Source: an uncultured Hormoscilla sp. (GTDB taxonomy: Bacteria > Cyanobacteriota > Cyanobacteriia > Cyanobacteriales > Desertifilaceae). Taken from it: a DNA stretch of 64,000 bases. Positions 1 through 12,011 of the stretch are shown in pieces. A program made the translations under genes and the position numbers. The DNA is taken from positions 2,720,001 through 2,784,000 of the forward strand of contig OZ001293.3 of assembly GCA_963921275.4 (NCBI GenBank), written 5' to 3'. The notes beneath the pieces were generated by a model. The model saw nothing but the letters and a program-made list of their open reading frames with translations, did no database searches and was not told where the DNA came from. Positions within the stretch are counted from its first letter, which is position 1; each line of letters opens with the position of its first letter.

Positions 1-160
1 GCGCGATCGCCCGACAGCTTCTGCCAAGGGATCGAGAAGAAGTCGTCCCCCCAGATCTTATGATGCTCAAGAGCAAACAAACTATGTTGATTTCCAACCT
101 GTAGAGAAAAGATCGTCGGACGACGAGGATGATGATAATTCAAGTGGTTTTGACTACTAA
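1..160 (+). CDS. 3' end of a gene entering the window, probably Ycf66-family protein
   Basis: Reading frame ends ...NYVDFQPVEKRSSDDEDDDNSSGFDY* (TAA 158-160), resembling Ycf66 acidic C-termini; followed by TolB-like genes. Confidence 0.5.
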   Translation, partial: RDRPTASAKGSRRSRPPRSYDAQEQTNYVDFQPVEKRSSDDEDDDNSSGFDY

Positions 161-274
161 CAGGCGAGACGTATGTAGTGCCTAATGGGTTGACAGAGTA
201 TTGGGTATATGGTATATTACAATGCTCCCATAAGTTGTGCTCACTGACAACTGACAACTGACAGGAGATAGGCT

Positions 275-820
275 TTGGGAAAACTTTGGTTGCTGAGGTT
301 AGCCATTCCTTTGAGTATGTCGGGTTTAGTTGTAGCCTGCTCTCAGGTGAAGGGACCGATACTGTCGATGGAACTCAATAGCCGCTACACGGATGAACAA
401 CCGGCTTTGAGCGGAAATGGTCGATTTGTGGCCTTTGTTTCTAACCGCGATGGTAAGCGTCAGATTCTGGTTTACGATTTGCAGCAGCGCCGGTTTTTAG
501 AGTTGCCGAGATTGAACTGGCGAGATGCGATCGCGGAATCTCCCAGCCTCAGCTATAATGCCCGCTATCTGGTCTACGTTGCTAGTGACCGAGGCAGACC
601 GGAGGTGGGACTTTACGATCGGGTGACGGGAACGACAGATATTTTGACAATGGGTTATCGGGGCTGGGTGAGAAATCCGAGTATTAGTCCGGATGGTAGA
701 TTTATTGTTTTTGAAACCGATCGTCGCGGTCAGTGGGATATTGAGGTGCTCGATCGGGGTCCATTAGTTGAGTTAGATATCCCAGATGGTCCCCTAGGCA
801 ACTATGACTTGGCGGATTGA
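275..820 (+). CDS. TolB-like PD40/WD40 beta-propeller lipoprotein
   Basis: Signal peptide ending LVVAC; PD40 repeats PALSGNGRFVAFVS, PSLSYNARYLVY, PSISPDGRFIVF. Confidence 0.85.
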   Translation: MGKLWLLRLAIPLSMSGLVVACSQVKGPILSMELNSRYTDEQPALSGNGRFVAFVSNRDGKRQILVYDLQQRRFLELPRLNWRDAIAESPSLSYNARYLVYVASDRGRPEVGLYDRVTGTTDILTMGYRGWVRNPSISPDGRFIVFETDRRGQWDIEVLDRGPLVELDIPDGPLGNYDLAD

Positions 821-980
821 ATATGGTAAAGAAGATATCCGGACAGAACCTTTCGATGTCTCTGCGGTGTCTTCGGGGTTTTTGCCATGCATCCCGAAGA
901 CATCGAAGAGCTCTTGTCCCAGGGGACATGGCTGCGCTCCCGCAAGGGATACGGCACACAGGAGACATCGCTGATTAGTT

Positions 981-1529
981 TTGTTGACTAACAGAAGAAA
1001 AGTGAAACGCTTTGTTTTTATGTCAGCTGTTGCTGTTGCCAGTTTGTCGAGCAGCTGCATGGGCTACCCGCGTTTGCTGAATCAGCCCTTTGACCGAGGT
1101 GGGTGGAGTTTGAACAGTCCTGCAGCGGAGGAAAATCCTCAAATTACCGGTCGCTACATAGTCTTTACTTCCGATCGCCGCTTTAGCCAGGATGTCTATC
1201 TTTATGACATGATAGACAGGCGGATGATAGAACTGCCGAGATTGAATTCTTTAGAGGCGATCTCCTCCCACCCGAGTGTCTCTACAGATGGTCGTTATAT
1301 TACATTTGCTGCCAGTCGTCAGGGACGTTCTGATATTTACCTTTACGACAGGTCAATGGCCCTGCTACGTAACCTCACCAGCAATCTCAAGACAGAAGTG
1401 CGCAACCCTACGATCAGTGCCGATGGCACCACTATTGCTTTTGAGGCGAATGCTAATGGTCAGTGGGATATTTTTGTTTATGACCGGTCTGGACGCCCGG
1501 TCAACAACATATGGGGCAATATACCTTAA
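981..1529 (+). CDS. TolB-like PD40 beta-propeller lipoprotein (paralog of upstream gene)
   Basis: Signal ending LSSSC; PSVSTDGRYITF and PTISADGTTIAF repeats. Confidence 0.85.
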   Translation: MLTNRRKVKRFVFMSAVAVASLSSSCMGYPRLLNQPFDRGGWSLNSPAAEENPQITGRYIVFTSDRRFSQDVYLYDMIDRRMIELPRLNSLEAISSHPSVSTDGRYITFAASRQGRSDIYLYDRSMALLRNLTSNLKTEVRNPTISADGTTIAFEANANGQWDIFVYDRSGRPVNNIWGNIP

Positions 1530-2529
1530 TAGCCTAGAGCGTTGGTCAAGTAATAATAGTTGACAAACGGAGCTTTTTATGTATATAGCAACTAGCACGG
1601 GAATTTTTATAACAACTGAAATTATTACCCTGTATAGTTTTTTACCGAAGCCAACAGGATAGAATTATCACAAATGATTTATACCCCGTTGGTACAACAT
1701 TTATAAAGTGAGCTGCTCAGTTCAATAGGGGATTGGTTGTTTTTCGGTGTTTTTCGGTCTTCTCTAAAGAAATAAAAAAAGTCACCACAAGGCCTCGGGA
1801 AGTTGAGTCAACTTCCCGGCGCTCGACTCACGTAAGGATTAGATAAATTTCATCTATCTAGCTATGGGAGTATTCCGCGCGGAGTTGGCAAGTGGCGCCA
1901 CCATAGCTAGGGGACAATATGCATGGCTGCGCCCCCAGCGCAGCGCGATCGGAAAATAGTAGGGTAAGAATAAGAGCAAGGGCTAGTATTGTGCTCATGT
2001 TTATGAATCAACAAGTATCACGCAAGTTGGCGTTAGGGGATATTAGATCGCGTCAGGGCATGGCTGCACGCTACGCTGGGGGATGGGAGCTGCTGGTTTT
2101 CGCTCAATTCAGGTATTCTGGCAATGACATGAAGATTATGAACAACCGCTACCGGACGAAGGTCAAACAAATTTTTTCGCCTGACAATATAGCGGGCTTG
2201 ATTTCAACTGCCTTTATCCTACATGAGCAAGAGAATGTTCGACAGCGGTTAGACGAGCGTAGTTTGGCTCGTCCAGATGATGTCATCTGATCGCGCTGCC
2301 CATGGCTGGGCCACGCTACGCTCCGGGGGCGCAGCCATAGCTCTCGCAATTCCTGGCAATATTGTCTCATCCGGATGGATAGAAACACTGGGACGGTTTT
2401 TGCTAGTCGTGCAGGGAGCCTGTAAGGGGCAGACAGCACACGGGAAACTTCACAACTTTACCTGGAGAAAATGGAAGAGTTATTTGATTAGGACATAAGA
2501 TAGAAAAATTATTCCCGTCAAGTACCAAA

Positions 2530-3886
2530 GCCGTTTTGTCAAAATTCTTGACATTTCTTACAGGCCAAGCTTGGCAAAATATTTGTCAATTTTCCTTCAT
2601 TAACGCATCTACTACTCAAATAAGCGCCATCGATATGTAACTCTACCATCTCTTGGTTTTGCGATTTTAAGTCGCTATCGAGCGACTCCACTACTATCGC
2701 TTCTGCTTCATTGGCAGCAGTTATCCTGACAGCTCGAATTACTCCTAAATCTAAATCTGTCAAAACATGACGTTTGTAGCCATCTCCCGAGTTGACTACG
2801 ATGTCTCCTGTGTGCCGTATCCCTTGCGGGAGCGCAGCCATGTCCCCTGGGACAAGAGCAAGGAGCAGAGATATCGAAGGCTTTTACGTCCATGACCCAT
2901 TTCTGGATCTTCTATAGAAATCCGCCGATTTGGCGTAACTCCTTTTTTGAGGACAGGTTTGCCTGATGTGTTAACTGTCACGTCTTGCTCAATAATGCTG
3001 TTCTCCGATTTCCAGGGTTTTCAGCACTGGCTTCCTCGGGTCAGATAGCATAGCGCTGCCCATGGCTGGGCCACGCTACGCTCCGGGGGGCGCAGCCATG
3101 CTAATTTTTTTTTCAATCAATGCCTCGACAGAATCAAAAGTATTGAGCAGAATTTCTAGTGCTTGCGAAGGTTCATTTAAGTCATCCCAGTTTAAGGACA
3201 ATGCCGCTTTAATAGAAGACCCTAATACTATTTCAGCTCCCCTTGACTTGGCAATATATTCTTGCATAAGTTCCTTGAGTGGCAGCCATCAATCGCCTTT
3301 TTTAGGGTGTGACAAACGCCAATTCTATGTATCCTCTACTTTGCCTGCTCCCCACAAAGGCAAAGAATCCAATAGCGTGGCCCATGGCTGGGCCGCGCTA
3401 CGGGGGGCGCAGCCATAGCCGCCCGCAATTTTCCTGAACCCAAGCCTCGTTTTTCTTTAGCAATCTCTACCCTTCCCTCCATTAAACGTCAGTCTAGTCC
3501 AAAATCAATGATTTTTTGTCGAAACTTGACAAAAGTCCCTTTACTAAAAGGAGGTTTTTACAATGTACCAATTGCCCGGAGCCGATTTTTCCGGAACGGT
3601 GCCATCACCAAGACTTCAATTACTTCATCATCCTCCCGTATTTGTAATATCAAAGCTAAAGCTAGTTGTGCCCGGGGGACTGGACATTTGCCTAGGGTGC
3701 TGTCGTTAAAGATTTCAGCTAATTCTAATTGAAGTTCATCTGAGAATAATTCATGACGGTTTAGGCCGAGAAATGCGATCGCGTAGCGTGGCGCAGCCAT
3801 AGAGTTTTGCTTTAGTAGATGCTCGCGATAATTTCTGATTCATCTGGTGACAGTTCAACCGGCGGATTCCAATTCCGTTCGCCCAT
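2530..3886 (-). pseudogene. Degenerate IS1182-like transposase
   Basis: Fragments RHELFSDELQLELAEIF, PVPRAQLALALILQ, RRISIEDPEMGHGRKS, DGYKRHVLTDLDLGVIRAV, ELHIDGAYLSS in several frames, interrupted by small GCGCAGCCATG repeats. Confidence 0.7.
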
Positions 3887-4125
3887 CGCCTATCGCGTAG
3901 CGTGGCGCAGCCATGGGTGGCGCAGCCATGGGTGGCGCAGCCATGGACCCATAAGCAAAACCTCTAATAACGTCATTTGTTATACTACTGAAGAGTGAGA
4001 AATCCGAATGGGAATACTACCTCTTCCTCTAGCTGAAACTCTTGCAGGGAGTCGCTTACAGCCGGACGGAGTCCCTTTATTATCTCATCGTCGGTCTCGC
4101 GGGCCCAAACCCGCTTCCATGCTTG

Positions 4126-5035
4126 GTCGGGGTCGAGCTAGGAATCGCTCCCCAACCCTCCAAGAGCGAAACCGTGCTTGCGACTTTCACCGCACACGGC
4201 TACTGGTTACCAGGTCCTTGTCATGGATAGGCTTTATAGGGGTTACCCACCGTAGGCCCTTACTGTCTACTTGTTGGCTCCTTCTATGTGCAGGTCAGCG
4301 AGCGGTTGTCAAGGAACCTGTGGTCTCTCGCCTAGTTTATATCGCCGTCCGACGGCAGTCACCCTGTTTCACCTACACCTTCACTCATACCTCCATCAGT
4401 CCCCGAGGGGTCCAAATCGGGCTCATAATATATGTGGAGTTACTAATCTGAACAGCATCCTGGTATATCCGTCCCACGTCAGCGTCCTTGTGGACATCAC
4501 CGGGATTGCTCCGGGCGTTATCCCAGGCATTACCCTGGGCATTTGCTTTTTGGGACATCCCTCCTCCCGTGGCTTGCGCTTAATATCTAACTTGTCTAGC
4601 CGGTCGAGACCAGACAGCACACGAGAGGTTACTTCGTTCCTTGATGTCATTTCACGATATCTTTAGGTCCGTACTATTCCCCGACAGTCTTTCGGATACA
4701 TGACTAGCCACTGCCCAAAGCTAGCCCTGACTGCTTCCCCTTTTGGGGCCAGCGTATATAGCCTTATTCCGCTGGTTTTGGTTAACGAGGTTTTTATACG
4801 TTCGCTTGTTCTAACCTTGGATATCTTTCCTAGCGGAGTCACCGATTTAGGCTACCAGCTATCCTACATTTGAGTCCTCGCTCAGCACCACGGTGATATC
4901 GCTCCGCAGCACCTCCGACCGGTGTCAACCCTGCATCTGGGCGGGAGGAATTTAACCCCCATGAACATCAAAGTTCCCGGTTGATGTAACCGGTCGCTCA
5001 TGACCTGTTGCGGGTCATTTACGAACGAATCGCAC
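4126..5035 (-). mobile_element. ORF-less group II intron (IIB-like), copy A, 910 nt
   Basis: Minus strand starts GTGCGATTCGTT; contains GGAACGAAGTAACC; domain V AGCCGTGTGCGGTGAAAGTCGCAAGCACGGTT; ends CGACCCCGAC; no RT ORF. Confidence 0.9.
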
Positions 5036-5065
5036 GAGCAGTTATCCAATCGCATATCGTAGCGT

Positions 5066-5571
5066 GCAGCCATGGGTGGCGCAGCCATAGAACTTGGCAC
5101 TATCCAGTATAAGTACATAGGCAAAATTATTTTTATATTTTTCCTAGCCGTCAATTTCCGTATCCCTACGGGAGCGCAGCCATGAAGTTAAATCCCTGAA
5201 AGCCTTATGAGATATGGCTTGAGCGCCCACCCTGCCCGTTCGCGCTTTTCCACAAATAGAAAAATCATTTTGCACAACTACTTACTACATTGATTTGATT
5301 ATAGCACGTCCGTATTCAGCAGCCATGGGTGGCGCAGCCATAGAACTTGGCACTATCCAGTATAAGTACATAGGCAAAATTATTTTTATATTTTTCCTAG
5401 CCGTCAATTTCCGTATCCCTACGGGAGCGCAGCCATGAAGTTAAATCCCTGAAAGCCTTATGAGATATGGCTTGAGCGCCCACCCTGCCCGTTCGCGCTT
5501 TTCCACAAATAGAAAAATCATTTTGCACAACTACTTACTACATTGATTTGATTATAGCACGTCCGTATTCA
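5066..5571. repeat. Tandem duplication of a 253-bp unit
   Basis: 5066-5318 repeats as 5319-5571; unit starts in a GCAGCCATG mini-repeat. Confidence 0.9.
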
Positions 5572-6135
5572 GTTGTGTTCATTCCGTAGTGAGTGTGGAG
5601 CCTCGCGGCCAATAAGGTCGGAAGGGTATTTTCCAGATAATGGCTGTCAAACTCACTCTTTGTACCCTACTTTCCCCACGACTGTATTGCGTAAATATTG
5701 CTTGATTGGGGTAGCTTTGCCAACATCTCTCGGGATCTGGATAAATTTTCTACCTTGCTCTTTACCAAAATTCCCATAATTTACGTACTACCAGATATTA
5801 ACAGTGCAGTATTTGGGAGGTTTGGCCTATGACTAGATATGTTACAAAGTGAAGTGTGGAATGTGGATTGGACATATGACCACTTTTTTCATAACTGGTG
5901 CAGGTTTGGGACGCCGTACCCCCCCACAGGATAAGGATTTCAGTCCCCAGACAAGATAACAACTCGCTACTGACGTCTCCAGATGCATTGAGATAGCAAT
6001 TTTGTCAATCGTTTCCACTTGACCGACGCTCTAGGGCATCGGTCAAGTAGAAGCTAGAAACCGGGTCTCGGAGTGCCGCTATTAACGAGATATCAATGAT
6101 CTGACCCTTAGTTACTCGGTATCAGTACCGACGTT

Positions 6136-7125
6136 CTAGGTTTGAGATTCCAGATTTTGAACTGACTCGATTAGCGATCGCACCTGTGCAGTTCCTAAAG
6201 AAGGCTCAAAGGAAAGTGGGAATTTTCCCCGTGCTAGCATCCGTAACCCTAGTGGTCCTAGACCGATCAGCCCTTGCATGTCTCGGAAGTAATTTCCTAC
6301 TACCCGCAGGCCAAACTTGCGCTCATCCACCCAGCCGCCTTTTTTGACCAGGTCTATTAACACCTTCCGATGGCGAATTGGCCGACTGGCTTGGTCGTCT
6401 GTGCGTGAGAGTATTTCACTTTTAATTTTGCCAATTTTATCCATCGGCGCCACACCCATGGGACAGACATTATTGCAGTAATAACAACGAGTGCAACCCC
6501 ACACCCCCTGAGTAGTCTGGGTTAATTTGGACAAGCGCTGTTCGGTGTCGGCGTCTCGATTGTCGGCCACCATCCGGTAAGCTTTAGCTAGGGCGTGGGG
6601 TCCGACAAATTCTGGGTTCACTTCTACTGCATTGCACTCGGAATAGCAGGCTCCGCACATGATACAATTTCCTGTCTGGTCGAGCTGTGCTCTTGCTTGA
6701 GGTGTCTGTAAAAACTCACGCTCTGGCAGATCCCTTGCTTTAGTACTGACATAGGGGTCTAGTTTCTGGAGATTGTCCCAGAAACTACTCATATCCACTA
6801 CCAGATCCTTGATCGCTGGCATATTGCCCATCGGTGCTATGGTAATCTCTGGAATTGAGTCTGCCGAATCGGGAACTGAAGGTGCCAGAAAACTGCCGAC
6901 ATTCTCTTTACAAGCCAGGGCTGTAATACCATTAATACCCATGGCGCAGCTACCACAAATGGTATTGCGGCAATTTTTCCGAAATGCTAGAGTTCCATCT
7001 TGAGTCCACTTAATCTGATTCAGGCAGCTCAAGATAGTCTGACTTGTTTCGGCATCTAGGCGGTAAGTCTGTATCCGCCTATTGCTATTTTGTTCGCTGC
7101 GGACTACCTTAAAATTTATTTCCAT
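6136..7125 (-). CDS. sdhB: Succinate dehydrogenase/fumarate reductase iron-sulfur subunit
   Basis: CRNTICGSC, CIMCGACYSEC and CTRCYYCNNVCP Fe-S motifs; likely start MEINFKV at 7125. Confidence 0.95.
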   Translation of the reverse strand: MEINFKVVRSEQNSNRRIQTYRLDAETSQTILSCLNQIKWTQDGTLAFRKNCRNTICGSCAMGINGITALACKENVGSFLAPSVPDSADSIPEITIAPMGNMPAIKDLVVDMSSFWDNLQKLDPYVSTKARDLPEREFLQTPQARAQLDQTGNCIMCGACYSECNAVEVNPEFVGPHALAKAYRMVADNRDADTEQRLSKLTQTTQGVWGCTRCYYCNNVCPMGVAPMDKIGKIKSEILSRTDDQASRPIRHRKVLIDLVKKGGWVDERKFGLRVVGNYFRDMQGLIGLGPLGLRMLARGKFPLSFEPSLGTAQVRSLIESVQNLESQT

Positions 7126-8281
7126 GTTCGCCAGACTTAGATTGCTGAAAATACCTACTATTCTACCCTTTCGGGCCGACCGCAAGCACCCGGAGCGACT
7201 ATTTGTCCGTCAGGTTGTCCCTTGCGGAAGCTAGTCTAGAGCAGTTCGTCTTGTATTTTTGCTCTCAGACTCAATCACCTGCTATAGGGTATGCTGCTGA
7301 CAACCTCGGGAGCATCTCACTTTGGCAATAAGTACAAATGCTCAGATAAAGTCCCTTTTGAGATCAGCACAACGTTGCCTCAAGACTTGATTAACATTTT
7401 CGGATTTCCTAAGAGCACCCTCAAGCTTGATTCTCTGAGCGATGCGCTTAAGCGTCTCAGAGACGGCTCCTGAACCAATACAGATTTCTGCCAGGAAGGT
7501 ACTGGCAATAATCAGGAAGATGAGAGAAGTCCGGTGTGACTTGAGGTGCTGGTTTAATATGGTCTGGGAGTCTCAAGTGAGATGGCCGCGAAATAAAAAA
7601 ATAAAATATTTGGTCATTTATATCAGAATTAAGGCTATATTTTATATAATACTCAGAGAATACCCATTACCCTAAAAAACAGGGGATGCCAGGTGGTTTC
7701 CATAAATCAGCAAAATAGATGTTGACGCTGAACAGCTTCTCTATGGTATTCTAGAAAATGCAACTTGGAGCATAGTCAATCGCGTTAGTTGGAATCGGTA
7801 GTAACCCAACATCCCCCCTAGGCTAAAACCCAGGTTTGGACTTTTCTGGTGCAACTTGCAGGCTGTGTCTCCCCTTTTGTGCGGGCAGCGCTCCCGGGAG
7901 ACACAGCCTGTGTTGGCTGGCCCAGAAAGTCGGTAAAATGGAGATCCTCGGACGGCTATAGGTAAGGGGTTGATCACCTCAAAATCCAGGCTGTCAGAGG
8001 GATATAGTCGTAGTCAGATCCCAAAGGCTTCGATATCTTCTGGGAGCGCTACCCGCACTACCCAGAAGATATCGAGGAGAAATTTTTCTCAATCAGTCTT
8101 TGTGATGTTAGCTAAAATTGCACAAAGGATACCGGTGTAAGGTGTTGCTAACAGAATTGGGGCCATGGCTAACACCACGAAGGAGCGATAAACCCAGGAT
8201 GTGGGCAAAGTTGTGCTCCAGGGTTGGGCTTGACATCAAGTTGACTTACAATCTAAAGAGAAACGAGGAATTAAGGTATAA

Positions 8282-8758
8282 GTGATGAGTGAAAAAGCAA
8301 AAACAGCCCTGACGGGAAAGGCCCTACTGCAAAAAGTAAAAGAACTCTCAGACAAACCGAGGCGAGAAACAGCAAAGAGCTGTGGATATTACACGACCAC
8401 AAAATCAGGCCAGACCCGTGTGAATTTAACAGATTTTTATGATGCGGTGCTGGCAGCAAAGGGAGTTGCATTAGAGCCGGAAGGCTCAAAAGATGGTCGG
8501 GGCCGAGAGCCAACTTATCGGGTGAGTGTCCACAAAAATGGTCAAATTGTCATTGGCTCGACCTACACCTCGGTGATGGGATTGGAAAAGGGTGATGAGT
8601 TTGAAATTAAGCTGGGCTACAAGCATATTCACCTGATTCAGATAGAAAATCCAGAGAATACAGAGAAAAATGGTAGCCTACCAGCGAGTGAGAACAATGA
8701 TAGCCAACTAGCGGCTGAAAACGAAGAGCCAGAGACTGTGGCAGTAGAAGCGTCATAA
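8282..8758 (+). CDS. Cyanobacterial AbrB-family transcriptional regulator (cyAbrB)
   Basis: LTGKALLQKVKEL...GRGREPTYRVSVHKNGQIVIGSTYT...FEIKLGYKHIHL. Confidence 0.92.
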   Translation: MMSEKAKTALTGKALLQKVKELSDKPRRETAKSCGYYTTTKSGQTRVNLTDFYDAVLAAKGVALEPEGSKDGRGREPTYRVSVHKNGQIVIGSTYTSVMGLEKGDEFEIKLGYKHIHLIQIENPENTEKNGSLPASENNDSQLAAENEEPETVAVEAS

Positions 8759-9161
8759 TTTAAGCATGGCTGATGCCACCAGGCTGGAAACCCGCTCTCC
8801 GGGATCGGCTCTCTGAGCTATTATACTTTGCTCACCTCTATACTTTGCTTATCGGGCGCAAGAGGCTCTACTATAGTGAGCCTAAATCATTTGTGCAACC
8901 CTTCTGGGGGATCAGCGCTGAAACCCTTGCAGAGTAATGATTTCAGCAAACCCCTATAGCACAACTCCTGCACGGCTTGCTATATAGGGCTCAGTAGCTG
9001 GGTTGATTGGGTGGCAAAGTATAGCCTATGCTAGCTGCTGCGCAGCACTTCGTATTCTGCAGTTGGAAGGTCAAAAGCGATCGCCCCGATCTAGACGATC
9101 GGGGCGATCGCTTTTGATTCGCATCGGATATTTCCGGAACGTAAGTAGTAAGCAGTCAGTA

Positions 9162-9345
9162 GGGCGTTGCACATTTTGGGGATGATGGTTGCGACGATAC
9201 CAATTCTCAATTCCCAATTCCCAATTTCAAATTCAAATAAGATCTAAACAGCCAGATATAGATATTTATCACCAGAACAGATGCTGGTCACTCGCCCTGG
9301 TACGTGGTCACTTATCACTTATCATCCCGTCCGAAGTGCAACGCC
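9162..9345. mobile_element. MITE-like element (related copy at 22495-22607)
   Basis: Ends GGCGTTGCACATTTTGGGGATGAT ... ATCATCCCG...GTGCAACGCC are inverted repeats shared by both copies. Confidence 0.65.
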
Positions 9346-9604
9346 GTCAGTAGTAATTAGACGAGATGCTTTCCATTCCCAGAGATAAAGAGTGAACCTG
9401 TAATTTCCGTCAAACGCCGGTGAAAGCAGTCAAGGCCAAGAGGGTCTATGACTGAGGGTGCTGCCCAGTGAGAATAGTACGGATACTGAAGGGGAAAGCT
9501 GGACTGCTTGAGGCGGTCAGGACAACCCCGATCGCCCAGAACCCCCCTGGGGCGATCGCCATCACCAAGACCCCACTAGCAACTAAATGAGAATAGAGTC
9601 ATAG

Positions 9605-9862
9605 TTAAATGAGAAAAATTGAGGTTAGATTACCGCCAGTTCTACCAATAAAAATCTGGTGGGGTGTGGGTAAATGCTCTAGAACTGCCGGCGCTTTGCC
9701 ATAGAGATGGAAACAGAACCAGTGCCGGCACATATCGGCTGATTCTGGTTGCAGCGCTAATCCTGGCAAGACTAACAGGCGGACTTCTGGTTTGGTCATT
9801 AGTCCGGACCGATCGCTAACCGCAAAGCTTTGGGCCCAAATCGGATGGCTGGGCAGTCTCAT
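9605..9862 (-). pseudogene. Remnant of a precorrin-6Y methyltransferase (CbiE/CbiT-type)
   Basis: SDRSGLMTKPEVRLLVL..LALQP, a frameshifted AGTGSVSI motif and PHQIFIG; heavily deleted. Confidence 0.6.
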
Positions 9863-10014
9863 AATTATATAAGATTTTGCTCATAAAAGCTCAAAATCTC
9901 TGATTTTTGGAGGAGATCGGGGGAGAAGGGGGAAAAATCTGTAATGATCGTTAACATAGGAATTAATAAAACATTTAAAAGTTTTACAGAACCCAAACAG
10001 GAGGATGGAACTCG

Positions 10015-11853
10015 GTGAATAAACGGTGGAGAAACGCGGGACTGTACGCGCTGCTAGCAATTGCGGTGATTGCATTGGCAACAGCTTTGTTTGACAAACC
10101 CCCCCAAGCTAGGGAGACATGGCGATACAGTCGGTTAATTTCGGAAGTCGAAAATCAGAAAGTTGATAATATCAGCATCAGCGCCGATCGGTCAAAAGCC
10201 CTGGTGACGGCGGAAGACGGCACCAAAATTATGGTTAACCTACCGTTCGACCGGGATCTGCTCGACATTTTAACTCGGAACAATGTGGACATTGCGGTGT
10301 TGCCCCAAAGTGATGATGGGATGTGGATGCGGGCGCTGAGCAGTCTGTTTGTGCCGATTATACTGGTGGTTGGTCTGTTCTTTCTGCTGCGACGGGCTCA
10401 AAATGGACCGGGTTCTCAGGCAATGAACTTTGGCAAGTCGAAAGCGAGAGTGCAGATGGAGCCCCAAACCCAGGTCACTTTTGGTGATGTGGCTGGGATT
10501 GAGCAGGCGAAACTGGAACTGAATGAAGTTGTCGATTTCCTGAAAAATGCTGACAGGTTCACGGCTGTAGGGGCGAAGATTCCTAAGGGGGTGCTGCTAG
10601 TAGGCCCTCCTGGTACGGGTAAGACTCTGCTGGCAAAAGCTGTAGCTGGTGAGGCGGGCGTTCCTTTCTTCTCTATCTCTGGTTCGGAGTTCGTGGAGAT
10701 GTTCGTCGGTGTTGGTGCTTCCCGAGTCCGAGACCTGTTTGAACAAGCTAAGCAGAATGCTCCTTGTATCGTGTTTATTGATGAAATTGATGCGGTGGGA
10801 CGTCAGCGAGGTGCTGGTTTAGGTGGCGGAAACGATGAACGGGAGCAAACTCTCAATCAGCTGCTGACGGAAATGGACGGGTTTGAAGGTAATACGGGAA
10901 TTATCATTATTGCGGCGACTAACCGCCCAGATGTTTTGGATGCGGCCCTGCTGCGCCCTGGTCGGTTCGATCGCCAGGTGGTGGTCGATCGCCCTGATTA
11001 TGCGGGGCGTTTGGAAATTCTCAATGTGCATTCTCGTGGTAAGACTCTGTCTAAGGATGTGGAACTGGAAAAGATTGCCCGTCGGACCCCTGGGTTTACG
11101 GGGGCTGATTTGTCGAATTTACTCAATGAAGCGGCAATCTTGGCGGCCCGTCGTAATCTGACGGAAATCTCTATGGATGAGATTAATGATGCGATCGACC
11201 GAGTTCTGGTAGGACCGGAGAAGAAAGACCGGGTGATGAGCGAGAAGCGCAAGACTTTGGTGGCTTATCATGAAGCGGGTCATGCTTTGGTGGGTGCTCT
11301 GATGCCAGATTATGACCCGGTACAGAAGATTAGCATTATTCCGCGCGGTCGCGCTGGGGGCCTGACCTGGTTTACTCCCAGTGAAGATCGGATAGATTCG
11401 GGTTTGTATAGCCGTTCTTATCTGCAAAATCAGATGGCGGTGATCTTGGGAGGTCGCATTGCCGAAGAAATTATCTTCGGTGAAGAGGAAGTGACTACGG
11501 GTGCTTCTAATGATTTGCAGCAGGTGGCCCGGGTGGCCCGTCAGATGGTGACCCGGTTTGGCATGAGCGATCGCCTAGGTCCTGTGACTCTGGGTCGTCA
11601 GCAAGGTAATATGTTCTTAGGTCGCGATATCGCGGCAGAACGGGATTTCTCTGAGGAAACTGCGGCGGCGATCGATGATGAAGTCCGCAATTTGGTTGAC
11701 CAAGCTTATCGTCGTGCTAAGAATGTTCTGGTGAATAATCGTCAAGTTCTCGATCAGCTGGCCCAATCTTTGGTGGATAAGGAAACTGTTGATGCTGAAG
11801 AACTGCAGCAGATGCTCACTTCCAATCAGGTGCAGATGGCCGCGATCGCCTAA
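10015..11853 (+). CDS. ftsH: ATP-dependent zinc metalloprotease FtsH (FtsH3 clade)
   Basis: Two TM segments, Walker [15 protein letters not shown]-terminus [10 protein letters not shown] typical of cyanobacterial FtsH3. Confidence 0.97.
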   Translation: MNKRWRNAGLYALLAIAVIALATALFDKPPQARETWRYSRLISEVENQKVDNISISADRSKALVTAEDGTKIMVNLPFDRDLLDILTRNNVDIAVLPQSDDGMWMRALSSLFVPIILVVGLFFLLRRAQNGPGSQAMNFGKSKARVQMEPQTQVTFGDVAGIEQAKLELNEVVDFLKNADRFTAVGAKIPKGVLLVGPPGTGKTLLAKAVAGEAGVPFFSISGSEFVEMFVGVGASRVRDLFEQAKQNAPCIVFIDEIDAVGRQRGAGLGGGNDEREQTLNQLLTEMDGFEGNTGIIIIAATNRPDVLDAALLRPGRFDRQVVVDRPDYAGRLEILNVHSRGKTLSKDVELEKIARRTPGFTGADLSNLLNEAAILAARRNLTEISMDEINDAIDRVLVGPEKKDRVMSEKRKTLVAYHEAGHALVGALMPDYDPVQKISIIPRGRAGGLTWFTPSEDRIDSGLYSRSYLQNQMAVILGGRIAEEIIFGEEEVTTGASNDLQQVARVARQMVTRFGMSDRLGPVTLGRQQGNMFLGRDIAAERDFSEETAAAIDDEVRNLVDQAYRRAKNVLVNNRQVLDQLAQSLVDKETVDAEELQQMLTSNQVQMAAIA

Positions 11854-12011
11854 TAGAGGCCCTAAAAGATGGCCCCCTACCTGGTTTCTCAACTTTCACA
11901 ACTGATTTGGAATTGCTATACAATCATGGCGAGATGCAATCAGCGGGCGATCACGCTATTTATTGATCCTATGCTTCTCGGCGGTGACGAACTTCTAGGA
12001 TGTTGATGATG

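Noticed and set aside
4008..5154. Short ORFs overlapping intron copy A as proteins
   Set aside because: They lie across ribozyme sequence, have no recognisable motifs and are not conserved in the sister copies
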